A stretch of DNA of 62,707 nt, the filler included, from Sphacelaria rigidula (lineage: Eukaryota): the NCBI GenBank assembly GCA_964200075.2. It is 9 parts of 9 records of this genome, joined end to end, with 100 filler letters (N's around TTAATTAATTAA, not from the genome) between each part and the next. Parts side by side here need not be neighbours in the genome. Positions count along the whole stretch, not along the records: positions 20,938 to 27,816 come from CAXNAA020017610.1; positions 27,917 to 34,795 come from CAXNAA020017611.1; positions 34,896 to 41,774 come from CAXNAA020017612.1; 6 more parts are not named here. One strand, given 5' to 3'. The notes below the pieces were generated by a model. That model did not search any database, was not told the origin of the DNA, and was given only the letters and a program-made list of their open reading frames with translations. This document shows, one piece after another, positions 25,723 through 37,712 of the stretch. Positions within the stretch are counted from its first letter, which is position 1; every line of letters starts with the position of its first letter. The position numbers were made by a program, and so were the translations under genes.

Positions 25723-27486
25723 TTGAAGGAATGGCACGACACCTTGGGCCATGTTGATTCAGCCGCCATCCAGCATTTGGTGAAACGTGGCCTCTTTGAA
25801 CTTGCCGACGCTTCGAACATGCTGTGCGTGGTCTACCGCAAGTGTGAGTCACTAACGCTTTCGTACGGGAGAGGAGGTCGTAGTCCGAGTCCCCTGGGAG
25901 AAGTGATTTACACACACCTGGAAGGGTCTCCCACCCTGATGCTATTGGTATGTTACTTTCAAGAGTTCGTGAACGAAAGCACACGCGGCAAGCGTGTCCG
26001 AGGGCTCAAGACGAAGGATGCAGCCGCGGGTGCAGCAGCCCACTACGCCGACGAAATGGCCCGGGAAGGTGAAGCGATAAAATGCAACAGCGGCGACGAC
26101 GCTGGTGAACTTGGAAGATTCGTCAAATTTCAACTTTTGCTGACGAATAAGGGAATCAGGTGGATGAGGTCACGGAATCGGATATCACAATCCAATGGGA
26201 TAGGTGAAAGGACACTTGAAGAATTCATGACAACAACACGACGTCAACTCGCCAGATCAGGAAGAGGAGAGGACTGCTAGTTCTTGGCTGTGGCGAATGC
26301 CGTTTTCAACACGGCAGGAATGCCCCACGAATATCTTTGGGAGGCAACACCATAGGGGCGGCTAATCGTGGGGCAGTTCACCTACGATCGTCTCCACATG
26401 TGTGGAACGGAATGTTTTGTGCACCAGCATCAGCGACAACGATAAGAATGTTGACATTTCTATCCGTACGACTGATGCCACGATTGCTCTCCCCAGAAAA
26501 GCGGCCGGGTTGATGAGGCAAAGTCTTCATGTATAGCGAAATGACAAAAGTTGACCACACTGAGTAGCTGGGAAGTCCCATGCCTGGGAAAGGTTCCGTC
26601 AATATCGACCATATGAGGGGCTTCGTGCAGTCTGAAAGCAGCTATCGTGCGCTGTATGGTCATCTTCTTTGTGGCAATTATGAGGCTGGTCTGCGCGGGG
26701 GGCTAACGCGACGTGACTCCTATGCAAAACGCGGGATAATGTTTGGGCATGACCGCCCATCGCCTCGTTGGTTCGTGTGGCTGAACCAGGAAAACAAGCT
26801 CATGAAGTCGTCACATATCACGTTCGAATGTGAAGCGAAGCTCCTGAACATTGCGGGGGAGCTGAAAACTGGCGAGTTGAGCGATGATGAGGGCGGACCG
26901 GGGACAGAAAGAAACACGGAGACTACGGTGTTGGTTTGGGTGGAAAACAAGAGGACCCGACCTTGTCAACGCGCTCCTCTCAGAAACATTGGACTGCGCA
27001 GGTCCAGCCGACTGACATGAAGACGTTGATCAAGCAACCTACATCAACGCTTCAAGAGTTCTCATGACAGTGACTCCGACCGGAAGAATTTCCTCGCTGT
27101 CCTACTTGAGAACGGTGACGAAACGGGAACGGTAGTGCATCTTCCACGATGGGACTTACAGGCGAGATTGGCGCTAAACCAGACGAATGTTTGACCATGA
27201 ACGAGCTCTACTACCACCCGATGCGGACGAGTGACGTCATGCAATGGAAGAAGAGCTGAGCGATCTTCGAAGGCAGGGAATTTTCCGGGTCGAGCAACCC
27301 CCGTTGAACGGACTACCACTCAAGACGCGCTTCGTGTTTAAAATCAAACGGAGTATAGACGAGAAAATCGAGCAACATAAGGCAAGTTTCGTTACAAGGG
27401 GCTTCACTCAACAATCACGTATGAATTTCCTTGAGACGTTCAGCTCAGTCATCGATTTCGATGTAATGCGTGTTGCGCGAGGCTGA
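25723..27486 (+). mobile_element. Degenerate Ty1/copia pol (GAG-pre-integrase, integrase, SH3-like region, RT start)
   Basis: WHDTLGHV; DDAGEL; SQSNGIGER; RGIMFGHD; MEEELSDLRRQGIF...KTRFVFKIKR...HKASFVTRGFTQQ..NFLETFS. Integrase precedes RT, the copia order; stops and frameshifts present. Confidence 0.93.
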
Positions 27487-28019
27487 TACGCCTGTTGGAA
27501 TATAATTGGCTATCGTGGCTTGTATATCACACACAACGTTCAACTGTCCAGTAGGCAGGAACAATCGGTTCAACTTGTGAACCCAGCTCCAACAAGAGAG
27601 CTCGCAGAGGCTGCACAGTGTTGGTTAAACACTTGTTTGTGCGAGAGGGAGGATGCGTAAACTTGCCGCTTCACCTGGGCATTACTCAAATCAAACACAT
27701 AAAACACTTGGTTCCTTATTAACGCAGAAACCAATAACAAGCTGATAGGCTTGCTTGAGGCGGGTCGCTTTGGAGAGTAAATAGCGTGGGGCTATTTCAC
27801 TCTGTCGATAAAACTCNNNNNNNNNNNNNNNNNNNNNNNNNNNNNNNNNNNNNNNNNNNNTTAATTAATTAANNNNNNNNNNNNNNNNNNNNNNNNNNNN
27901 NNNNNNNNNNNNNNNNCACTCGTACGCCGAGAAACAATCCAGTGTGCAGTGAACACATTCACCGCATCTGATGCATGTTTTTCTGCACGGTCCGATGGTG
28001 TCCCCCCCGTTACCGATAG

Positions 28020-31000
28020 CAGCTGGGTTTGAATTCTCTGTCGTTGGTGACGATGCGGCACTGGCGCAAGGCCTGCTTCTCCACTACACCGGAAGCAATG
28101 AAGGCCATTGCCTGGGCGTTTCAGACGTCGGACCCCGGTATCGACGCAAAATGTGTTTCGCTGACGTACCTGAAGAGCAAGGCTTACAGCGATCTACACG
28201 CCAAACCCGCAGCGCAATCGATCGCCGTCAATATGCTCGTAAGGTATGCACCGCCGCTGCATCCAGTCGATTGTTGTGATAATCTAGAGTTATCTTCCAT
28301 CAATTCGCCGCACCGAAGGATGACGAGAGTGTGTCATGTGGTACGTCCTGGTTGATAGACCGTCAGAACCAATTTATCCAAGGTGTAACCACACATACCC
28401 ACCACCCCAGCGCGAAGCAGTCTACTTTCAAAATTGAGGATGGATTTTGGCAGAGGACCAACCTCGGGAACCTTCATCACATCGAAAATGTTTCGAAATC
28501 AAAATATAAAAGCATTCTCCGGTTGGCATGCATGACCTCAGACATCGTAGCAAAACAGAGTATAACATGAACAGTTTTTTGCACCGGAATCGCTGGAGAA
28601 CGACAGCGTCCCGTATAAACGCCGGCGGTCGCGAATTGCAGATATCAAAAATATTAATTAATTAAAGATTGTTTGAGGATGGTTGGTTGGGATGGTTGGT
28701 TGAAGTTTGAACATAATTAAAACTGTATATAAAAATTTCTTATTAATTAAGAAAAGAATGTTTGAGGATGGATGATTGGGATGGTTGGTTAGATGGTTTG
28801 TTGAATTCTACTTTTTGAGACAATATCGACCGGTTTGAACGCCGGGGGTTGCGAATTGCAGATGACTGCTTTCGAGGATGAGCGAGGCCACATATGACAG
28901 GCGGAAAGTGCAGATGTGTGTTTACTTCGAATATATCGCGATGCTCATGAAAGATCCCAAGGGCGGTACCCAGATTACATTCATCCTCGATTTTCGACCG
29001 TGCCACGCCAGACATTCGAGGGCGAACAAGATGACACCCACACCGAAAGATTGGGATCGGATCACCAAAAACGCCGGCATCGCGCACAACCTGGTGGAGA
29101 GAATCGAGAGCGTGGTCCTTCGTCTTGCTTGGACGGACAGGTTTAAAGAGTGAGTGCCGTTAATCTGTAGCCCGGCCACCGCCCGAGGTAAGGCGCTCTG
29201 TCCATATTGAGACCATGTTAGAATGCGCCGCCGTGTATGTGACTATCTCTGCACACTAGTCGACCCGTCACGGACTGTGGTGCGACCTCTAATGTTTTCG
29301 ATTCCGATTTCTGCGAACAGTGGCGTGCACAGAATGATAAACGGCACGTACGGGTCAGAAGATTTCCAGCTGTTCGTGGGGGAATACATATCGTCCGTAG
29401 ACAAGACGATATCAGAGACAAAAGAAAGCCTGCCGGCCGAAGAACAGGAAGGCGAAGTCATGAAGGAATTCGAGGCGGTCTACAAGGGAAGACTTCCACG
29501 GCCGTTGGAGCTGGTGCGTTGCTCCCCGTCGGTATTTGACTTTATCGTAAGAAAGTGGAGACATATATTCGCTGTTGCGAGCTGATCGGTGACCGGCCTC
29601 GCTGCTCAGGCACGGAAGTCAACTGTATCTTTCCCGGTAACACTGGTCGAGGAGAGTAAAACACCACCACCGCCCACGTACATTTGCACTCCAGAGACGA
29701 AGCAGAGACGTGCTGCCGGTCGTCCTTCTGTTGTATCTTAGTTCATACTTGACACAACAGAGATACTGCCGTCACCCCCGATCGCAGATAACACAAAGAG
29801 GGACCCTCAAGTCTTGCAGCGAAACGTGGAGAAAAAAATGGAACGCGATAAACGACAAGACAGCGCGTTTAAAACTCGTGGGTAGCGGCGGCGAGGGAGA
29901 TGTGAACGACGCATCCGTTGGGGACGCCGACGGCGAGGGTGAGGAGGGCAGAGACCGACCAGCAGCGGGTAGTCGCGAGGGCAAAGTGTGCGAGTCGTGC
30001 AAACCCACCCTACACGTGAGGTGAGAGTGAAAATAGCGCACATGGAGTATCTAGTCGGAGGGCGGGCACCGAGGTACATACCCATCGATGAAGGCATTGC
30101 TCGCGAGACTGTCGATCGATTCGCCGCCGACATATATTCCTCTGTCCTCATTCCCGCAGGTACCGATGCACGCACTGCGGGGTTGCACACCATACGTTCT
30201 GCGACCTGCTCGCCCCTATCTCAGAAGATGCGACTCTGGCCGAGCGAAAACAGTGCCTTTGCATATCGTGCGAGGGCGACCCAGAACGCCGGAAGAGGAA
30301 GGAATCTCAGGCACCAGCCGGAAACGGCGTCACATCAAATAGCGGGAAGAAAGCGAGGAAGGCAAGCGTTCCCCGACCGCCCGCCGGCGCCACCATGGAA
30401 GAGCAAAGGTGCGATGATCCCAGATCCAGCCGAGCGTTTCCTCGTGTGAAAACAGTCGCCGATGAATCCATCTTTTCGGCACGTGTCTCTCAGTGGGTGT
30501 AGTTCGCCACATAACCCTTGCCTTCCCCCGCGGATACACCAACGCCAAAAACGACCGATCGGTTGGCAACTATGGCTGCGCCGCGTTCATACCTTCGGAG
30601 TACACCGTGAGAGTGTTACTACGTCAGGACGGGGGAGGGGAGGGGTGTGGCGGCGTAAGGCAGTACCGTAGGTCTTAATCAGACCCCAGCACTCGATACA
30701 TATTGTCATCTTCTATACTGTGTTTGTTACCACGCTTATAATACTTCCGGTTTGTTTGTGCCGCGATTCTTCGAATTTGACAATGTGCCGATGTAGCCCC
30801 CCCCCCCCCCCCCCCCCTCCCCAAGAGTTGCGCCCGTAACATAAACACAGCGCAGGTGAAGGCAATGAGATCGTACATTAAAGAGAGTCGGTGATAACTG
30901 CAGGCTAATAAAAATGAAAGCGGAAACATGTAATGATGACCCGTCGGGAAGGGTGCGTGTTTCGACGGTGCTTTGGTTGTCTGCCTCAGGGTCGCACTTC

Positions 31001-34000
31001 ACCCGCGTTCTTCCGTCGGATATCGATATGTACCGTGTGGAATGGCCTTTGTTTTTTCGCACAGGCGCAAGAATTCTACCACGCACGCGGTAAACCTACT
31101 TCGCAGAGGGTGTGAGCTCATCGATGGAGGCGACCCCCTGTCTGTGGCACGCCAGCCGAAGCTCATCCTCGTCTCCTTGGATGCCGAGAAAAGCATCCTG
31201 TCCCTAACAGACGACCACGTGAAGAGGTACTTCAAGCGGTTCGTGGGCAAACTGCTGAGCGCCTTGCATCCTTTGGGGACGATCGCATTTGCCGTGCCGC
31301 GGCCGTGGTTCCCGCATGGAAATCGAATCAGAGGTACCACCCCACACGCAATGCATAGAGGGGAAAATTCGGGATTTAAATCAAGGTGGTATGGCATTGT
31401 TTGGCACCTACAATTGTAGCGAGATAACGATCGCTATACTCGGAGATAGATGGTGGCCACAGAAGGTAAAGCAGGAAGGGGATAAGGTCTGTAAAACATC
31501 TCGTGTCATCTATGGAAGAAGCGTCATGGGTGCCGAAATGTTGGAGGTATTTATTCATCAGGTGTAGGAACGGAGCTCCGGCTGAGTGTCGCGCGGTCAA
31601 TGGTGAAACGGCGAAGGCGAGCAAAAAACGACTATGCGCCCCCCCCCCACCCCACCCCCTTCCGCCCTTCCGCCCGACCGCCCACCCCGGCCCGGCCCTC
31701 GCTGTCGCCGACCCGCCTGCACCACGTGACGGACGCCATCACTCAAGACCACACCATGGCGCTCGAAGAAGACCCTGTCCTCATCGAATATTCAAGCAAA
31801 CACGGGGGCTCCCGGAAGAGAGAAGAGAAATTCTATTTCTACCCGCATCACGAAGCCATCATGGTGGCCCACAAACGGTCAGAGCTGGAGGGGAAATGTT
31901 TCACGGTGAATCAGAGGGTCACATTTGAAGACCCCTACGGCAGCACAATCAGGGGGAAAATGGCAGACTGCTGGCAGAAGATCGGCGGTGGGCACACCGA
32001 GATGTTGACGTACAACCAAGGAGCTCCGGCCGGCGGCCCCGAAAATTCTTCCCCCCAGGGATTGTTGCGCACCTTCGGTTGGAGGTGATGGCGTGTCCGG
32101 TGGTTAATGGAAGGTATTACTTCACCCTTCGCGATGTTATATGTTCCATCATTAAACTGTTGGGTCTTGTTTTTTCTCCGTCGTACGAGCGGAGGGCAAC
32201 TCGTCACGCGACAAGCGGGTTGTTGTATGTACTGTTATATCAGGGTGCGTGTCACAAAAAGCGCTGATTCATTCGCTGAGCGACGAACCTCGCAATCGAC
32301 CACTCCGCGCGGATAGCGAGGTCTCACTTCTGCGTCGTTAATCCAGCGTCGTTGCCTCTTCATATCCATGAAGTTTCACCAACATGGGCGACGCTGTCCT
32401 TGGTGTTGGACCCGAGAGGACGCAACTGCTGGAGATCGCCCTCCAAGGTGGGCGCCCTATCGAGCTCTTTCTCTCAAATGCCAGTCTCTCCGGCGAGGTG
32501 CATGATCGCGAAGAGAAGACGTTCCACAAAGCATTCTCCTCTGGGCTCTTCAAGGTACAGAGAGCCACACCACGGCTAGGCGGTATACGTGCGAACATAA
32601 AAGTCGTGTTCCCCGATTGCCGTAGCGGCGGGTCTTCATGTAGGTGTCACAGGTTTTCGTTTGTGACAGGTGTCATCAACTCTCACCAATCTTTCCAACT
32701 GCCGCTGGGCTCGTTTTCACCCTCTATTTCTCGACAGCACGATATCGGCGGCGCAGTGTATGTGGGCCCATAGTTGCTCCCGTCGAAGCTTCCGGTCGAC
32801 ACGACCTCGCCGGCATTGCTGACTCCTGCCCCCGGTACTTCTGCTGAAGAGGTCATGAAGACCGCCATGCAGCCGTTCGAAGACATAGTGGAAGTGAGAG
32901 TGTTTCGGGCGAGACAAACGGTGTTCATCTCGAGTCATGTGTACTTGCTTCTTCGCCGTTTGAGGGTCGCACAGTGAGGACAACGTGGTGATCAGGCTAG
33001 CGGGCGCCAACGCACCAGTTTTGTTCGTTTCACATATTTCTTGGTGCATTTGCGAGCCAAATATACTTTCTCTGTACCATACAAGAGAACACCCTGTATT
33101 GTACGAGCCGTTCACCTTGCCCGGATTTTGGTCTGATCTTCGTATTAAAGTTTTGGTCAATTTTCGGTCAAAAGCATATTTTGCCTACATTTCGTGCTTG
33201 CTTGGTACGAATGAAAATAAATAATAAACAAACAAAACAAACAACATTCTACATAAACAATGAACGATAATTACAACCACGATCCAACCACTAGTTTTGC
33301 TTATTACCGTGGGCTGACCCCACAGCCTTCTTAAGTAACAAACGTTGCCGGTGAAACCAGCGCTGTTCGGCTCGACAACGGCCAAAACCTTATACGATTG
33401 ATTCGAAATTGGAGAATAAGTGCAATGCTTGGGTATATTACCTTCTAGTCGCGATACGCGGAGATTTCGAAGGCAACGGGTATGGCATGCCAAACAGAAT
33501 GCGTATCGCGCTTCGAATCCTTCGTTTGGGATCGTCCAGAGTGTGTATCACTGAGAATCTGAGGGGTGGGGTTTGTCGCGGGATCTCGTACCATCGTTTT
33601 CACACGTCTACAGTGACTGCTTGAAGTCTACTACACATTCTTGTTTCCTCACTTCGCGACGTGACTATGAACCGCGTCTCGCGCATTCACCTCCCCCGCG
33701 CGTGCAATCCAATTTGGTCAGTTTTCGAGCCTGGGTCAGGTCAACAGGCTGCACGCGATCGCGAAACAAGGCCAAGAGGTCGCCTATCCGGACATTCCCG
33801 TCTGGGGGAAGTATAAAATATACGACACTCCGGAGGACGCCCTTTAATATATCGACCATGTTGTAGAGGAGCAGTCTATCCACCTTATTTTGGTTGCTAC
33901 CAACGAACAACCAAAGCAAATGTTGGAGCCTGGCAAGGAGACGTGTAAAGCAAAGGCGGCGTTATACCTAAAAGTGGCGGAGACATGCCCATTTTTCTAC

Positions 34001-34336
34001 CTCAAGGGGGAAGCAACGGTAGATGATGAGGCCATTGATATAACGTCGCAGGTTCCCCACGTAGGTGGTAGAGACGCTTACGTTGCCGCTGTTGTAGTCA
34101 GCGAAGATGGAGATAAGCACGCTCTCATTGCTTGTGTACCACCACCTCGCGTGCGGAGCAGTATATTAGCGGCGAAGAAGCCTTTAGTCATTGGTGCCGG
34201 AGATCTTATTGTAGGGGGCCCTGGATTTAAGGAGAGGTGGCTTGGATTCACCCCGGCCGCTAGTCCCTGCGACGATGATGAGGAAGACGATGTAGATGAA
34301 GATGAAGACGCTGCGGATGACGGCGCGGGAGATTGA
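28020..34336 (+). pseudogene. Disrupted multi-exon gene: helical N-region, NLS-like/CxCxxC linker, beta-class amino-DNA-methyltransferase-like domain, SET-like domain, acidic tail (5' end outside contig)
   Basis: Exons ~28020-28243, 28862-29149, 29222-29513, 29761-30159, 30225-30408, 31065-~31317, ~31723-32084, 32347-32554, 32670-32893, 33722-34336, with GT-AG sites and mostly matching phases. In-frame stops at 28863, 32369 (or a 1-bp frameshift), 32771 and 33845; frameshifts near 29988 and 32692. Domain calls are by-eye motif alignments. Confidence 0.7.
31318..31690 (+). mobile_element. 5'-truncated LINE L-A insertion inside the MTase-like region
   Basis: Translates as ...GGMALFGTYNCSEITIAILGDRWWPQKVKQEGDKVCK...; ends GGTCAATGG..AAGGCGAGCAAAAAACGACTATGCG plus a C-rich tail; homologous to the 44340 and 48905 copies. 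Confidence 0.8.
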
Positions 34337-35360
34337 GGATGTAATGCATGTGGCTGCGGTTCTGAAAACGAGGGTCTAGATTCCTGGGGTTGGGTTGGGG
34401 TAGGGAGTCTGGAAGTTGGTGGGGGAGAGGGGAGGGAGGGGTTCATCTTCCTGTCGCGTTGAGCATGGTTTCACGGGGGTCCCGGTTGATGAGAATAGAC
34501 GGCGTCGACGCTTGTCGTTCGCAACCGATGGTATCACCGTGCGTAGAACACCTACCTGCTCGTGTTCTCGAATTCGTTGAAAGACAATGCACCATTCTGT
34601 GCGCCAGAGGGAAGGGTTCGAAGGGGAGTATCCTAGTCGTTTCCGTGCCGGAATCTTGTGGCCTATCCATGTTGCGTTGAAACCGGCTTTTTGATTGAGG
34701 GGGGGAAACACAAACCCGCAGCTGATCGATTCCAAGACACGAACATTGCCCGTCTTAGTCGTACCTGATAGACGCCCCCCCCCCCCCCCCCACCCNNNNN
34801 NNNNNNNNNNNNNNNNNNNNNNNNNNNNNNNNNNNNNNNTTAATTAATTAANNNNNNNNNNNNNNNNNNNNNNNNNNNNNNNNNNNNNNNNNNNNTTCTG
34901 GCCATTTTTCGTACCTTTCTTGTCCGAAAAACGAGAAGGTAAACTTTTTCTAGGCCATTGCCCTCTATTTGTTTCTTCATTTATTTCGTTTTTTTAGGGC
35001 AGTTTTGAGGAGAAATGAACACTGCTCTCCGGCCTTATCTCAATTGTTTAGCTCAATTTTTAGAGTTGTGATTTGAAACTTAGGATGAAGGACCGCAGAG
35101 GTATGCTGAATGAAAAAAATGGGCCTTCGTTTTTGTTGGGGGGGAAAGGTTCGGACGTTCTCGTAAAAATATGGTCGTTCCCACGCTAAAACGCCCTACT
35201 AAACTAGTGAAAAATAAGTGAGTATTAACCTGACCCATTTGTTTGGTTCATTATCCCCTAGCGAGGTCCCACACAAAGTTTCGATACACAAACATCAAAC
35301 GTGGGCCGGTAAGTGGCCTGCAAAATACTGCTCTTAATTTTCACCGACCCCGATACTAAA

Positions 35361-35990
35361 CCGCTTATTCGTCGACCAATATTTTGATTTGGCCCCTGAA
35401 ATTGGGGATGGACAATGCACAGGGCACATGAAAAAAATGACGCATGTATCCTAAGATTTTTTCTTCTAATGAAGTAAGGGCAATAAACAGTTTTCAGGTA
35501 ACAGTAAAATGTCCTCAACTCATGAAAAAAAGACAAATGGGTATGTGAGTACCAGGGTAGTCGACAAGTCTTCCACGTGTCTTCAACCGCCCCTTCGTTC
35601 CAGGATCGTTCATATCTCCGGCATGGTTCCGGGAACGTTCTCAAGAACACTACTCTGTCCCGTCCGGGTCAATGACTATCCCGTCCGGGTCATTGTCTAT
35701 CCTGTCCGGGTCATTGTCTTCCCGTCTCCGGAGTCATACTCCAACCTCAAGACGGCACCGTTCACGGTGCCCTCTCGAGGCACTTCTTATCTCAACCCCG
35801 GAGTTTCCCTCCACACAAGAACGAAGTGTCTAGGCACATCTCACGGCCAAACCCGTGGCTCCTGGAACTACCACTCCCACACCAAGGGGTAGTAGCCTTA
35901 GGTACATCGTATTTTTTTATTTTGTGCCCTGTTCATTCTCCATACCAAATTTCAGGGTCCAACTCAAAATACTGGCCGACGAATGGGCGT
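35361..35990. mobile_element. Non-autonomous element with ~95-bp inverted repeats and an internal 21-bp tandem repeat
   Basis: 35361-35455 is inverted relative to 35897-35990; CC(C/T)GTCCGGGTCA(A/T)TG x3 at 35659-35720. Confidence 0.65.
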
Positions 35991-36417
35991 GCAAACTACA
36001 AATCCGCCTCTAGGCTGGCCCAGCTCGTATGGTGACAGATGAACCGCGGGCAGGATATGAAGAAGGGGTTTATTGATGTATAATCGCACCCGCAGGAACG
36101 GGTAACGACAATCTCCACCGTCGAAGAAGACACACGGAGACACGCATTCACGTTCTCCACACACAGCAACAAATAGGAAACATTTCACACCGTCGACGAA
36201 CACACACCCAGGAACACTCGTACCATTAGACAAAATATTATTGCGCCGCCCAATCACCCGAGGACACAAAGACTTGTGACGGACACACGCCAGTGTTCGC
36301 AACCATGAGTCCAGCACTATTGCACCGCAAAAACGCCCGTAACCGCAGTGACCATCGACATTTTCAATCCCACATCACGATAGAGGTATCTCAAACTCGG
36401 CTCCCGGTATCCCGTTT

Positions 36418-36540
36418 TGTTTTGTTCTATTTTTTCAAGCGAAAGTGATGCCGATTCATCAGATGACGAGACCGTTTGACTGCCAGGTCAGGTCCTCTCA
36501 TGAATCGCGATCACTTTCACTTGAAAAAACAGGACACAAC
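36418..36540. repeat. ~120-nt hairpin sharing the TGAATCGGCATCA motif with the TTAA-flanked MITE
   Basis: TTTTTTCAAGCGAAAGTGATGCCGATTCAT pairs with ATGAATCGCGATCACTTTCACTTGAAAAAA. Confidence 0.7.
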
Positions 36541-37389
36541 TCATACTACGCAAAACACTGCTGGAAAAACGATGCTCCTGAAACCTCCTGAAGCGAAATG
36601 TCCAGCGGAATGGAAGCGGAAAACGTGTACTGTGATACTGTGAAATGAAGTAATGCTTGTAAGAGGTTGAGAGAACCGGGCAGAGACGCTAGCAAAGCCC
36701 ACGACTCATGATAGCAGAGACGTTTTGTTCTGTGTTGTGGTCTGTACACCGGGAAAGTTCGCGACTCACTACAGTACGGGGAAATGCTCGGTTCTCAGAG
36801 CTTTTGTGAACGTTCTGGAATTCTGATCAAAAACGGCGGAGCGATTGGAAGGCCTGTATGCGGTGTGAGGTGGAGGAACGAAGGGTGGACGAACGGAGGG
36901 TCTACTTCGACGGCGAGGAAAAAAGGCGGAACAAAATGGATGGAAACACCATGCAGAACACTGCCGGGAAAGCGATAAAAGCGATGCTCTCGAATCGACA
37001 TGAAGCGAAATGTCTAGCGGAATGGAAGCGGAAAATATGTCAGAGGTTGAGAGAACGATGACCCCGTTTTGCTGTACTTCTTTGTACTTCGCTGTAGTCT
37101 AAAATCAAGTGGGAAAAGTTCACCTGCATCCAAGGCTCTTCAACGGCAAAAAAGATAAATGAACTAACTGATACAAGGTTTTTGGCGCTTCGCGCCCCCG
37201 CTCAATGAAGCGTTACCCAAGGCAAAGGATGATGTGGAGTGTTCCAACCGACATCAACTGTCGCCCACATACGGGAATGCTTAGAGGCGAAGATAAGATC
37301 CAGAGATGGCTCGTTCTCTTCTTTTTGCCTCTTTGGACTTTCAAACATCGTCCGCGACGATCAAACCTGATCAATTAAGAGCCGGAAGG

Positions 37390-37712
37390 AGGCAGAAGAC
37401 ACTGGCCCTGCACAACTAAAAACATAACCGTGAAGCTCCACCCATTCTCCGTCCAAGAAATCCACGCGAAATGAACGTATTCAACCTTCAAAAAACGACA
37501 AATCTTGAACGAGAATCAAGAATCGAAACGGGGCAGAAGACACTGATCGTACAAAACTCAAGAATAACCGCCATTCTCCACCCATCCTCCGCGTCTCAGA
37601 TATCTGCCCGAAATGAACTCATTTCAACCTTCGAACATGGACAAAGCTCGACGGAAAATAAAGAGTCTCAGCGACGCAGAACACACTGATCTTGCAGAAC
37701 CAAAAACTACCT
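37390..37712 (+). repeat. Degenerate ~130-150-bp tandem repeat (2-3 units)
   Basis: Recurring GCAGAA(G/C)ACACTG, CCATTCTCC and CGAAATGAAC..ATT.CAACCTTC motifs. Confidence 0.65.

Noticed and set aside
27917-34795. Endogenous phaeovirus/NCLDV segment or bacterial restriction-modification contamination
   Set aside because: The gene has many spliceosomal introns and a host LINE insertion; no viral core gene or restriction endonuclease is recognisable in the contig.
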